The notes under the pieces were generated by a model that saw only the letters and a list, made by a program, of their open reading frames with translations, had not been told where the DNA came from and searched no databases. The position numbers and the translations under genes were made by a program. Positions 1 to 8,183 of a stretch of 64,000 nt of DNA are shown piece after piece. Positions within the stretch are counted from its first letter, which is position 1, and each line of letters begins with the position of its first letter. The DNA is from Clostridia bacterium (GTDB lineage Bacteria; Bacillota; Clostridia; Oscillospirales; CAG-272): assembly GCA_017453005.1 (NCBI GenBank), contig JAFTKY010000038.1:4086-68085 (forward strand), given 5' to 3'.

Positions 1-1
1 C

Positions 2-427
2 GATGCCTATGGCGGAAGTGCTCACACCCAATATTATATTAGAAAAGCCGGACAGTTCATGTATGGAAAATTGGATTTTCTTCATGCTGCCTTTGGAATT
101 GTTCCGGACTTTCTTGATGGATATGAGTCTACGCTTGATTCTCCCGCATTTGACCTTTCGGGGATTGATGGCCGTTTCTTGATGAACACTGTCATTCAAG
201 AAAACTTCTACTTGAAAAACGGAATGATTGCAAATGGAAGTAGAAAAGCCAAACGAATTCACGCAGACACCTTTCTCGAAATGGATATTTTGGTTCCTGA
301 TATTGAGGAACAGAAAAAGATCGGAGATTATTTTTCGCAGTTGGATAAGCAAATCTCTTTTGCTCAGCTTGAAATAAGTAAACTCCAGAATCTAAAAAAA
401 GCTTTGCTTGAAAAAATGTTTGTCTGA
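2..427 (+). CDS. hsdS: Type I restriction-modification specificity subunit HsdS, C-terminal part (5' end lies outside the window)
   Basis: Frame 2 is open from the window edge. The tail (...IEEQKKIGDYFSQLDKQISFAQLEISKLQNLKKALLEKMFV) looks like an HsdS target-recognition domain plus the conserved C-terminal helix. It lies immediately upstream of hsdR. Confidence 0.8.
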   Translation, partial: DAYGGSAHTQYYIRKAGQFMYGKLDFLHAAFGIVPDFLDGYESTLDSPAFDLSGIDGRFLMNTVIQENFYLKNGMIANGSRKAKRIHADTFLEMDILVPDIEEQKKIGDYFSQLDKQISFAQLEISKLQNLKKALLEKMFV

Positions 428-442
428 TACAGGAGGCAAGCT

Positions 443-3400
443 ATGGTATTTGAACAAGAAGCCGCTTTTGAAACGGCACTAATTAACTTACTAACAGAAA
501 AGTACGGTTGGGAGCCGGAAATTCTGCGCTACAAAACGGAAGAAGATCTGATCCAGAACTGGAAACAGATCCTCTTTGAAAACAACCGTGAAGTAGACAG
601 ATTAAACGATGTTCCGCTGACCAACGGCGAGATGCAGCAAATTCTTGACCAGATCACCCGTCTTCGCACACCGTTAAAACTCAATGGTTTTATCAACGGT
701 AAAACTGTTGCCATTAAGCGCGATAATCCTGCGGATGAATTGCACTTTGGCAAGGAAGTCAGTCTGAAAATCTATGACCGACAGGAAATTGCTGCCGGTC
801 AGAGTCGCTATCAGATCGCCCAACAACCGGTATTCAAGGCAAGAAGCTCTATTCTGCCCAACCGCCGTGGTGACTTTATGCTACTGATCAATGGTATGCC
901 GCTGATCCATTGCGAATTGAAGCGCAGCGGCGTGGATGTCAGTCAAGCATGCAATCAGATCGAGAAATATTCTCATGAGGGTGTATTTACCGGTCTCTTT
1001 GCCCTTGTCCAGATTTTTATTGCCATGCAACCGGACGAAGCTGTTTACTTTGCCAACCCCGGTCCAGACGGCAAGTTCAATAAGGACTACTATTTTCATT
1101 GGGCTGACGCCAACAATGAACCACTGAATAATTGGAAAGACATCGCACAGTATTTGCTCTCTATTCCGATGGCGCATCAGCTGATTGGATTCTATACTGT
1201 TGCTGATGATACGGATGGCATTTTGAAGGTCATGCGCAGTTATCAGTACTATGCTGCATCGCGTATCACCAGCCGCGTCGCTATGCGCCGTTGGGCTGAC
1301 AAAGATCAACTTGGTGGATATATATGGCATACAACAGGTTCCGGTAAGACGCTGACCAGCTTTAAGTCTGCGCAGTTGATCGCGGCATCCCGTGACGCTG
1401 ATAAGGTCGTATTTCTGATGGACCGTGTAGAACTTGGTACACAATCTTTGTTAGACTATCGCGGCTTTGCCGATGATTCTGAGTCTGTTCAGACAACCGA
1501 AAATACGGATATTTTGGTGGGCAAGCTGAGAAGCGATGATCCTGCCAACACGCTGATTGTCACATCTATTCAGAAAATGAGCCGTGTCGAGGAAGACAAC
1601 GGCTATAATGCGCGTGACATTGAAATCATCCGAGATAAGCGCGTAGTCTTTATTATTGACGAAGCTCACCGTGATGTGTTTGGTGAAATGCTGCGTACCA
1701 TCAAGGAAACATTCCCCAACGCCATGTTCTTCGGGTTCACCGGAACTCCGATTCACGATGAAAACCAGAAGAATATGAGCACTACTTCCGATGTGTTCGG
1801 CAATGAACTTCATAGATATAGCATTGCTGACGGTATCCGCGATAAGAATGTTTTGGGCTTTGACCCATACATGGTGCCGACATACAAAGATCGCGACCTA
1901 CGAAAGGCGGTTGCTCTTGAAAAGGCCAAGGCAGCAGCAGAAGCCGAGGCATTGGCAGATCCCAAGAAGAAAAAAGTTTATCTGGAGTATATGGATCATA
2001 CCAAAGTGCCGATGGCAGGCGTTCTGCAGGCCGATGGCAGCTATTTGAAAGGCATTGAAGATTACATTCCGACGGCTCAGTATGAGCGTGAGGAACATCA
2101 AAATGCCGTGGTAGACGATATTCTGGATAATTGGGTTACTCTTAGCCATGACAGTAAGTTCCACGCCATTTTTGCTACCAGCAGCATTGTAGAAGCCATC
2201 CAGTATTACAAGCTATTCAAAGAAAAGAGCACCTTGAAAGTTACAGCACTGTTTGATCCCAGCATTGATAACAATGGCGGTGCAACTTTCAAGGAAGACG
2301 CTATCGTTGAAATTGTTGAGGATTACAACGCACGCTATGACATGAAATTCCAGTTGGCTACCTATGCAGCATTTAAGAAGGATATTTCTTACCGTCTGGC
2401 ACACAAGGAGCAGTATAAATCTATCGAACGCACACCCGATCAGCAGATCGATTTGCTGATTGTCGTGGATCAGATGCTGACCGGCTTTGACTCCAAGTGG
2501 ATTAACACACTCTATCTTGACAAGGTTTTGGTTTACGAAAAGCTAATCCAGGCGTTTTCTCGTACAAATCGTCTTTACGGTCCGGAGAAACCGTTCGGTA
2601 CAATTCGGTACTATCGAAAGCCGTATACCATGCAGCGAAATATTGACATTGCGTTTAAGTCTTATTCCGGTGACAAGCCCCTCGGTATGTTTGCGGATAA
2701 GCTGGAATTTAACCTTGGCAAGATGAATGCTATATATGACGACATTGCTGCAATTTTCCACTCCGCAGGAATTGAGAATTTTGAGAAATTGCCTATTGAT
2801 CATGCTGAGCGAGGACAGTTTGCGAAGTTGTTCAAGCAATTCAACAACTATCTTGAAGCCGCTAAGATTCAGGGATTTAATTGGAAGAAGATTTCTTATG
2901 ACATCAGGACGGAAAATGGTTGGGTTAATGTCAAGCTTAATTTGGACGAAACGACCTATCTTATCCTTGCACTTCGCTATAAGGAGCTGTTTTCCGGTGG
3001 TGGTGTAGGCCCCGGTGGCGATGATGTCCCGTATGAAATTGACTCTTATTTGACAGAAATCAATACTGGTGTCATTGATGCCAACTACATGAATTCCCGG
3101 TTCAAGAAGTACATTAAGGCTCTGCAGGATGGAACTGAGACTGCCGCGGTACTGGACGAGCTACATAAATCGTTTGCCACCCTGACACAGGAAGAGCAGA
3201 AGTATGCCAATATATTCTTGCACGACGTGCAGAACGGCGATGTGATTGTAGATGAGGGTAAGACACTGCGCGATTACATCACAGAATACATGACTCGTGC
3301 AAAAAATGACCAGATTCACCGCTTTGCTACTGCTATCGGAGTAAGCGAAGCGATGCTGCGTAGCTTTATGCAGTTAAAAGTCACGGAAGCTAATATCAAT

Positions 3401-3565
3401 GAATTTGGTCGTTTCGACAAGCTGAAAGCGACCGTTGATCGCACAACCGCAAAGGCATTTTTAGAAGCACTCGAAGGAAACGCTATCAAGCCATTCCAGA
3501 TCAATATGAAGCTGGATCAGGTTTTGAGAAGGTTCATTCTTGAGGGTGGATTTGATGTAGAATAA
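443..3565 (+). CDS. hsdR: Type I restriction enzyme R subunit (HsdR), 1040 aa
   Basis: PD-(D/E)xK-like nuclease motif (DFMLLINGMPLIHCELK), helicase Walker A (HTTGSGKTLT), DEAH box (FIIDEAHRD) and typical HsdR size. AGGAGG lies 6 nt upstream of the ATG. Confidence 0.93.
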   Translation: MVFEQEAAFETALINLLTEKYGWEPEILRYKTEEDLIQNWKQILFENNREVDRLNDVPLTNGEMQQILDQITRLRTPLKLNGFINGKTVAIKRDNPADELHFGKEVSLKIYDRQEIAAGQSRYQIAQQPVFKARSSILPNRRGDFMLLINGMPLIHCELKRSGVDVSQACNQIEKYSHEGVFTGLFALVQIFIAMQPDEAVYFANPGPDGKFNKDYYFHWADANNEPLNNWKDIAQYLLSIPMAHQLIGFYTVADDTDGILKVMRSYQYYAASRITSRVAMRRWADKDQLGGYIWHTTGSGKTLTSFKSAQLIAASRDADKVVFLMDRVELGTQSLLDYRGFADDSESVQTTENTDILVGKLRSDDPANTLIVTSIQKMSRVEEDNGYNARDIEIIRDKRVVFIIDEAHRDVFGEMLRTIKETFPNAMFFGFTGTPIHDENQKNMSTTSDVFGNELHRYSIADGIRDKNVLGFDPYMVPTYKDRDLRKAVALEKAKAAAEAEALADPKKKKVYLEYMDHTKVPMAGVLQADGSYLKGIEDYIPTAQYEREEHQNAVVDDILDNWVTLSHDSKFHAIFATSSIVEAIQYYKLFKEKSTLKVTALFDPSIDNNGGATFKEDAIVEIVEDYNARYDMKFQLATYAAFKKDISYRLAHKEQYKSIERTPDQQIDLLIVVDQMLTGFDSKWINTLYLDKVLVYEKLIQAFSRTNRLYGPEKPFGTIRYYRKPYTMQRNIDIAFKSYSGDKPLGMFADKLEFNLGKMNAIYDDIAAIFHSAGIENFEKLPIDHAERGQFAKLFKQFNNYLEAAKIQGFNWKKISYDIRTENGWVNVKLNLDETTYLILALRYKELFSGGGVGPGGDDVPYEIDSYLTEINTGVIDANYMNSRFKKYIKALQDGTETAAVLDELHKSFATLTQEEQKYANIFLHDVQNGDVIVDEGKTLRDYITEYMTRAKNDQIHRFATAIGVSEAMLRSFMQLKVTEANINEFGRFDKLKATVDRTTAKAFLEALEGNAIKPFQINMKLDQVLRRFILEGGFDVE

Positions 3566-3582
3566 AGAAGTGGGGTGAAAAC

Positions 3583-4524
3583 ATGGCAAGTAAAACAAGA
3601 AAAGTCTCATTCTATCGGCTGTCGCTGGAAAAGCAGACTCCTATTCCGGGAACAAATACTGTCCAAGTAAAGCAGCTAAGTGATTCTGAAATCGAAGTAT
3701 ATTTCCAAAGGATATGCGCAGAGAAAATGCAGGCTCTTGCAAATGGGCACAAGGCAATGAATATAACCGTTTCCAGTAGCCGCTATGTTATCGAAGTGAT
3801 TTCCAACGAAGATCATCGTGCATTTATCAAAATTGGTCAGCAGAATCCTTCGAACACAGTGGCGCTCAGAGATCGAACGACATTGGAGACGGAAAGTGTA
3901 CCTATGAAGGAGAGCCAGCTTTTGGAGTTGTACACTTTCTGCCTGATCGATTTTGAAACTGGAATTGTCAGCTATATCGGAATCAATGGTGCTCCAAGAA
4001 TATCGGCAGTAAGAAATCTCTTTGATCAGGGAATTGACCGAGAGGAAAACGTTTCTGCTCATCTTGCGGCAATTATGACAAATGATATATTAGATGTCCT
4101 GGTGAAAAAGCATATCATCAGCAAGCTGTCTGTCACAGTTGCCGTTCCGGAAGATCAGATACTTTCTGATATTGGCTTAGACCGTGAAAGTTTCGATTCC
4201 GTGAGAAACATTAAAACTCGAATGATTACATACAAATTGGTCGGACGGAGAAACAAAAATATCTTTTCTTCAAGCGGCAAGCTCGCTGAAATGATTGCGT
4301 CAATAAAAATGAAATATGGTGACAATCTAAAAGGACTTAGTGCCAATGCAAAGGATTTCAATGAAAAATCTCAACCTTACGATCTGTTACAATATAATTT
4401 TACTAAAACGGTTATCTTGGGTAGAGACGATTCTGGGTTGTTGACGCTGGACGATTTCAAAGAAGCACTTGTACAAACATATACCTTGTACAAGAATGAA
4501 CTTTTGAAATACAGCAGAGTATAA
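3583..4524 (+). CDS. Hypothetical soluble protein (313 aa); first gene of an hsdR-linked two-gene cassette, function unknown
   Basis: ATG 17 nt after the hsdR stop, preceded by GGGGTGA. No hydrophobic segments. I can see no Walker, nuclease or other catalytic signature. Confidence 0.7.
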   Translation: MASKTRKVSFYRLSLEKQTPIPGTNTVQVKQLSDSEIEVYFQRICAEKMQALANGHKAMNITVSSSRYVIEVISNEDHRAFIKIGQQNPSNTVALRDRTTLETESVPMKESQLLELYTFCLIDFETGIVSYIGINGAPRISAVRNLFDQGIDREENVSAHLAAIMTNDILDVLVKKHIISKLSVTVAVPEDQILSDIGLDRESFDSVRNIKTRMITYKLVGRRNKNIFSSSGKLAEMIASIKMKYGDNLKGLSANAKDFNEKSQPYDLLQYNFTKTVILGRDDSGLLTLDDFKEALVQTYTLYKNELLKYSRV

Positions 4525-4530
4525 TAAGTA

Positions 4531-5001
4531 ATGGTGGTGAGAGGAATGACGAAGCTGAAAAATTGGATATGGTTGGGCATCGTATTGCTCTTGTCAATCG
4601 GTGTTTCTATTGTGTTATTCAAAAGTCCTCTTTTCGATATTTCAAAATTTGAAGAATTGGCACCGGATTTCCATTATAACGCAATTTCCTTGTCGGCAAT
4701 TATTGGCGGTTTCCTGTTTACCGGAATAAGTATTCTTATTTCAGTTATAGACAAGGACAGAATCAAGCGCTTGTGGGATTGTAATTATTTGGATAATCTA
4801 TATCGTTCTGCGTTTGTGGGAATGATTGCGAATGTCGCAACAATCATTGTTGCATTCCTGCTGGTTTTTCTGAACATTTGCCCTAAAGCGAATGATCTTC
4901 TTGTTAAAATAGAGATTACAACGCTTATTGTCGGAATCGTATTTTTTGCCTGGTGCATAAAGCATTTGATTTTTGTTATATCCAAATTAAAAGACCAATA
5001 A
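4531..5001 (+). CDS. Small integral membrane protein (156 aa, four predicted TM helices); second gene of the cassette
   Basis: Starts 6 nt after the previous stop. Hydrophobic stretches at about aa 12-30, 51-73, 94-116 and 127-150. The exact start is uncertain (ATG 4531 or ATG 4546). Confidence 0.65.
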   Translation: MVVRGMTKLKNWIWLGIVLLLSIGVSIVLFKSPLFDISKFEELAPDFHYNAISLSAIIGGFLFTGISILISVIDKDRIKRLWDCNYLDNLYRSAFVGMIANVATIIVAFLLVFLNICPKANDLLVKIEITTLIVGIVFFAWCIKHLIFVISKLKDQ

Positions 5002-5020
5002 GTATATCCGCATAGCAAAT

Positions 5021-5057
5021 AAGAGGACTTATGCCCATTTTGAGCTTAAGTCCTCTT
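5021..5057. terminator. Hairpin between convergent genes (end of the hsdR-cassette operon)
   Basis: AAGAGGACTTA-(loop)-TAAGTCCTCTT, an 11-12 bp stem between the + strand cassette and the - strand ORF ending at 5071. Confidence 0.6.
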
Positions 5058-5070
5058 GTTGCATATTTAG

Positions 5071-5334
5071 TTATTCTTCCATAACTTCCAGCATTATCCT
5101 GGCTCCCAGTTTGAAGCCATTCTGGAATATCAGGCAATCTGTGATGGTTTGGTATTCTCGCACGCAATCGGCGTATTTGTCGAACAATTCTTTCTGCTCG
5201 TCTGTCATGGTGAATTTGAGTTTTTCTTCGTTCTTGCAAATCAGCTCCAGTAGCTTCTTGTATTCTTTACAAGAGGATGTGTCATACTCGGTTGGTTCAA
5301 TATTGCCATACCAAAATTCTTCAAGAATTCTCAT
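5071..5334 (-). CDS. Small conserved mobile-element-associated protein (87 aa), partner of TnpV
   Basis: The start overlaps the tnpV-like stop by 4 nt (operon). The MRILEEFWYGNIEP... type sequence is one I recall from Clostridia transposons/ICEs (possibly a DUF6809-like family, from memory only). Confidence 0.55.
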   Translation of the reverse strand: MRILEEFWYGNIEPTEYDTSSCKEYKKLLELICKNEEKLKFTMTDEQKELFDKYADCVREYQTITDCLIFQNGFKLGARIMLEVMEE

Positions 5335-5708
5335 ACCACATCCTCCTCGTAGATCATTTCACGGAGAATGATCTCCTCTGCTCGGTTGCGGATGCTGCTC
5401 ATAGCTCCAACCCATGCCATCTGATCGTGCTGCTTCATGCACTCTGTCGCGCCCTCAGTAGCTTTCATTTGCTCAGAGATAAGTTCAAGGCGGCGCTGTG
5501 CCTGTTCGTTCAGATCAGCCAGATACGTCCACAGTTTGCCGCTAAGGCACAGGTCGTTAAAACGGATGGGATTGTGCTCCTTGATATAATCTCTGTGCAT
5601 ACGCCCCCAACGACCAATAGGTCTGGCTTCCTCCGGTAAGCGAATATCGGGAATATAGTAATCACCACAACGGATATAGTTCAGTTCCTGCATCATATGT
5701 ACCTCCAC
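5331..5708 (-). CDS. tnpV: TnpV-family transposon-associated protein (125 aa)
   Basis: Pattern YYIPDIRLPEE...IGRWG..H..Y.KEH.P....L..SGKLW.YLADLNEQAQ...MKATEG.TE.MK..DQMAWVGAM..IRNRAEEI matches my recollection of TnpV proteins of Tn4451-like elements. Confidence 0.7.
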   Translation of the reverse strand: MEVHMMQELNYIRCGDYYIPDIRLPEEARPIGRWGRMHRDYIKEHNPIRFNDLCLSGKLWTYLADLNEQAQRRLELISEQMKATEGATECMKQHDQMAWVGAMSSIRNRAEEIILREMIYEEDVV

Positions 5709-5726
5709 AAAAGCGTTTTTACGGGT

Positions 5727-5766
5727 AAAAAAAGAAGCGATACCCGGTTATCAAACCAAGTATCGC
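5727..5766 (-). terminator. Rho-independent terminator (minus strand) just upstream of tnpV
   Basis: Minus strand reads GCGATAC-(16 nt)-GTATCGC followed by TTCTTTTTTT. It would insulate the island from read-through out of the protease gene. Confidence 0.6.
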
Positions 5767-5891
5767 TAACTTTTGTTTAGCCAACCCCGTCTGACAGATG
5801 CCGTAAAATAGTTAAATTTTGGTTTAACTGTTTTACGAGCACCCGCCATTGCTCGGAGGCTTTTACGTTAATCTGTGTTCAATTCTGTTGG

Positions 5892-8039
5892 TTATTCTAC
5901 AAGAAGAGCAAATCCAAGCTCGTCAACTGTTACGCCGACGGAGTTTTCCGCGAGCATTCCGTCAAACCATGCGATAAGGTCTGATATACAAAGCTGATAG
6001 GTTTCAAGAAGGTCGGCGTCAATTTCAATCTCGCCCTCGGTGTAATCATAGGTGAGAGCGGTGTCGACCGTATAGGTCGGCGCGTTGATATAGCCCTCAA
6101 TATAGTTATACGTCGTGTAATCCGCGTCGGCATACTCGCAGTAGTAGAGAAGGCTGTTGGAATTCGTAAGCTCAATGCAGGAATACAGCACGTAGCCGTC
6201 CTCAAATTCCCAGATCACGTCAATATACATGACCTCGTATTCCTCGTCATATCCGAGGGAGTACCACGAGCCGTCGTCGTAATACTCATCGTAGGCGAAG
6301 TATCCTTCCTCTGCGGAGGTCTGATTTGTGTTCGCCCAGGCGTAGAGTGTGTCAAGGACACTGCTGCTTTCGCTGCCGCTATTGCCACCGTTGTCATCAC
6401 TTCCCGTGTTGCCGCTATTGCCGCCGTTCCCGTCAAAGCTGCTCTCAAACACAGCAAAGCCGGTATCATTGAGTGTTACGCCTATCCGGTTTTCTTCAAG
6501 CATAAGCTCGAACCAGGAGATAAGGTCGACCACGTATTCCTGATATGCCGCAAGAGTTTCGGCGTCAATATCGCCCTCGCTGTAATCGTAATCAAGCGCG
6601 GTGCTTGCAGTGAACGTTGCCGCGTCGATATATCCCTCAATGGCGTTTATCACATTGTAATCTGCGTCGGTGTATTCAACGTAGTAGTAATGCTCGTAGG
6701 ACGTCTCGTCAAACTCGATGGAGATATAAACGGAGGAGCCGTCCTCGTATTCCCAAAGCACGTCGATATATAACACACCGTAGTCAAAATCGTAGCCGAG
6801 CGAGTACCACGAGCCGTCATCATAGACGTTATCGTAGCAGAAATAGGTCTCCTCGTCAGAGGTGTAGTTGCTTTCTATCCACGCGTAAAGCACATCGAAG
6901 GCGGTGGAATATTCCTCGATAAATTCATCAAGGGGTGTTTCGTCTATGTAGGTGAGATTTTCAATTTCGGACACGGATACGGCAAAATTAAGATTTTGAG
7001 AATCGTCGCCGATAAGCGTCCACGTGTTTACGCCGATAACCTCGCCGTACGTGTTGAAGAGCGGTCCGCCCGAGTTTCCGCTTGATATGGACGCATCGTG
7101 CTGGATATGCATAACGCCGTCAACTTCACGCCCGGCATATGCAATTATGCCGTGTGAGAGGGAGGCGGTCATGCCCTCGGACGAGCCGAGCGCGTAGACG
7201 GTAGAGCCAACTCTCATGGGCTTGTCGCAAAGCGTAGCGAAGGGAAGGTTCTCCCCCTCGATTTTCAATATTGCGAGGTCGATGGTTTTGTCAAAGGCAA
7301 GCACGCCGACAAGCTCGTATTCCTTCTCGTCGATAGTTATAATTGCGGAGTATGCGCCCTCAATTACGTGATAATTTGTGAGCACCTGTCCGTCTGCGCT
7401 GATGATTGAGCCTGTTCCGATTGCATATTCCTCGCCGTTTTTATCGTAGGTCGTTATTTCGCCGACGTAGGAGAGCGCGCTGTCGTATATATCGCCCGCG
7501 AAAAGCTCGGGGAGGGAATATTCCTCGGTGCAGGAGTAGTCGCAGCCCTCTGCGGTGCACGTGTATTTTATAATTCCGTCCTGCTCGCAGGACGCAGCTG
7601 TCTGGACGCTACCCTCGTCAAGCGTGTGACCGAGAGGCTGGAGGGTTATCTGCGGGGAGATAACAACGCCGCAAACGCTGCAATGCGAGCCTGCGGTCTT
7701 ACCGCTTTCGGTACATGTGGGTGCTACTGCGAGGTCTTCCGAAACGGTATGCTCGGTGGGCAGAAGTGCAAGATATTGCTTGTGGCCGCATTCACATTCC
7801 TGATACGTCGAGCCATAGGAGATGCAGGTCGCAGCCTTGTCTACCTTCCAGTCCGAGAAGATATGTGTATGCTCGGCGCTGTCTGCGGGCTTTTCTGTCG
7901 GTGCATCCGTGGGAGCCTCGGTCGGAGCTGTTGTGGGAGCTTCGGTAGGGTCTGACTTATCGTCACACGCCGCAAGCGTGAGGCAAAGCATTATTGCCAG
8001 AACAGAGAAAAATAAAGCAAATAACTTTTTTGCGTTCAT
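5892..8039 (-). CDS. Secreted lipoprotein: trypsin-like (S1/HtrA-type) serine protease with Cys-rich modules and a duplicated acidic C-terminal domain (715 aa)
   Basis: Signal peptide plus lipobox (LTLAAC), PT-rich linker (PTEAPTTAPTEAPTDAPTEKP) and three H..C...G.....C..CG modules. Catalytic contexts are TNYHVIEG, DLAILKI and SGNSGGPLF. Two C-terminal domains of about 170 aa, rich in Tyr/Asp/Glu, are separated by a GN/GS linker. Confidence 0.85.
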   Translation of the reverse strand: MNAKKLFALFFSVLAIMLCLTLAACDDKSDPTEAPTTAPTEAPTDAPTEKPADSAEHTHIFSDWKVDKAATCISYGSTYQECECGHKQYLALLPTEHTVSEDLAVAPTCTESGKTAGSHCSVCGVVISPQITLQPLGHTLDEGSVQTAASCEQDGIIKYTCTAEGCDYSCTEEYSLPELFAGDIYDSALSYVGEITTYDKNGEEYAIGTGSIISADGQVLTNYHVIEGAYSAIITIDEKEYELVGVLAFDKTIDLAILKIEGENLPFATLCDKPMRVGSTVYALGSSEGMTASLSHGIIAYAGREVDGVMHIQHDASISSGNSGGPLFNTYGEVIGVNTWTLIGDDSQNLNFAVSVSEIENLTYIDETPLDEFIEEYSTAFDVLYAWIESNYTSDEETYFCYDNVYDDGSWYSLGYDFDYGVLYIDVLWEYEDGSSVYISIEFDETSYEHYYYVEYTDADYNVINAIEGYIDAATFTASTALDYDYSEGDIDAETLAAYQEYVVDLISWFELMLEENRIGVTLNDTGFAVFESSFDGNGGNSGNTGSDDNGGNSGSESSSVLDTLYAWANTNQTSAEEGYFAYDEYYDDGSWYSLGYDEEYEVMYIDVIWEFEDGYVLYSCIELTNSNSLLYYCEYADADYTTYNYIEGYINAPTYTVDTALTYDYTEGEIEIDADLLETYQLCISDLIAWFDGMLAENSVGVTVDELGFALLVE

Positions 8040-8141
8040 GTTGATCCTCCTAAATTCTTGTGTAGGAATAAACTTTGTTTTGTGCTTTGATTATAGCACA
8101 ATTTTTTTTGCGGTGCAAGAGGATAAGCGAAATTTCGCATC

Positions 8142-8170
8142 AAAAAAGGGGCTGAAATTCAGCCCCTTTT
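8142..8170 (-). terminator. Bidirectional rho-independent terminator after the OB-repeat gene
   Basis: AAAAAA-GGGGCTGAA-A-TTCAGCCCC-TTTT. The same hairpin recurs at 10846-10872. Confidence 0.75.
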
Positions 8171-8183
8171 GAACTTTGAAATA

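Larger units (their letters stand above)
1..5766. mobile_element. Right-hand part of an AT-richer, probably horizontally acquired island (type I R-M, two-gene cassette, TnpV module). The left end lies outside the window.
   Basis: Composition shifts near 5.7-5.9 kb (hand counts of single lines: about 38% G+C at 4561-4620 vs about 57% at 9001-9060). Content is defence plus transposon genes. No integrase or recombinase is visible in the window. Confidence 0.5.
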
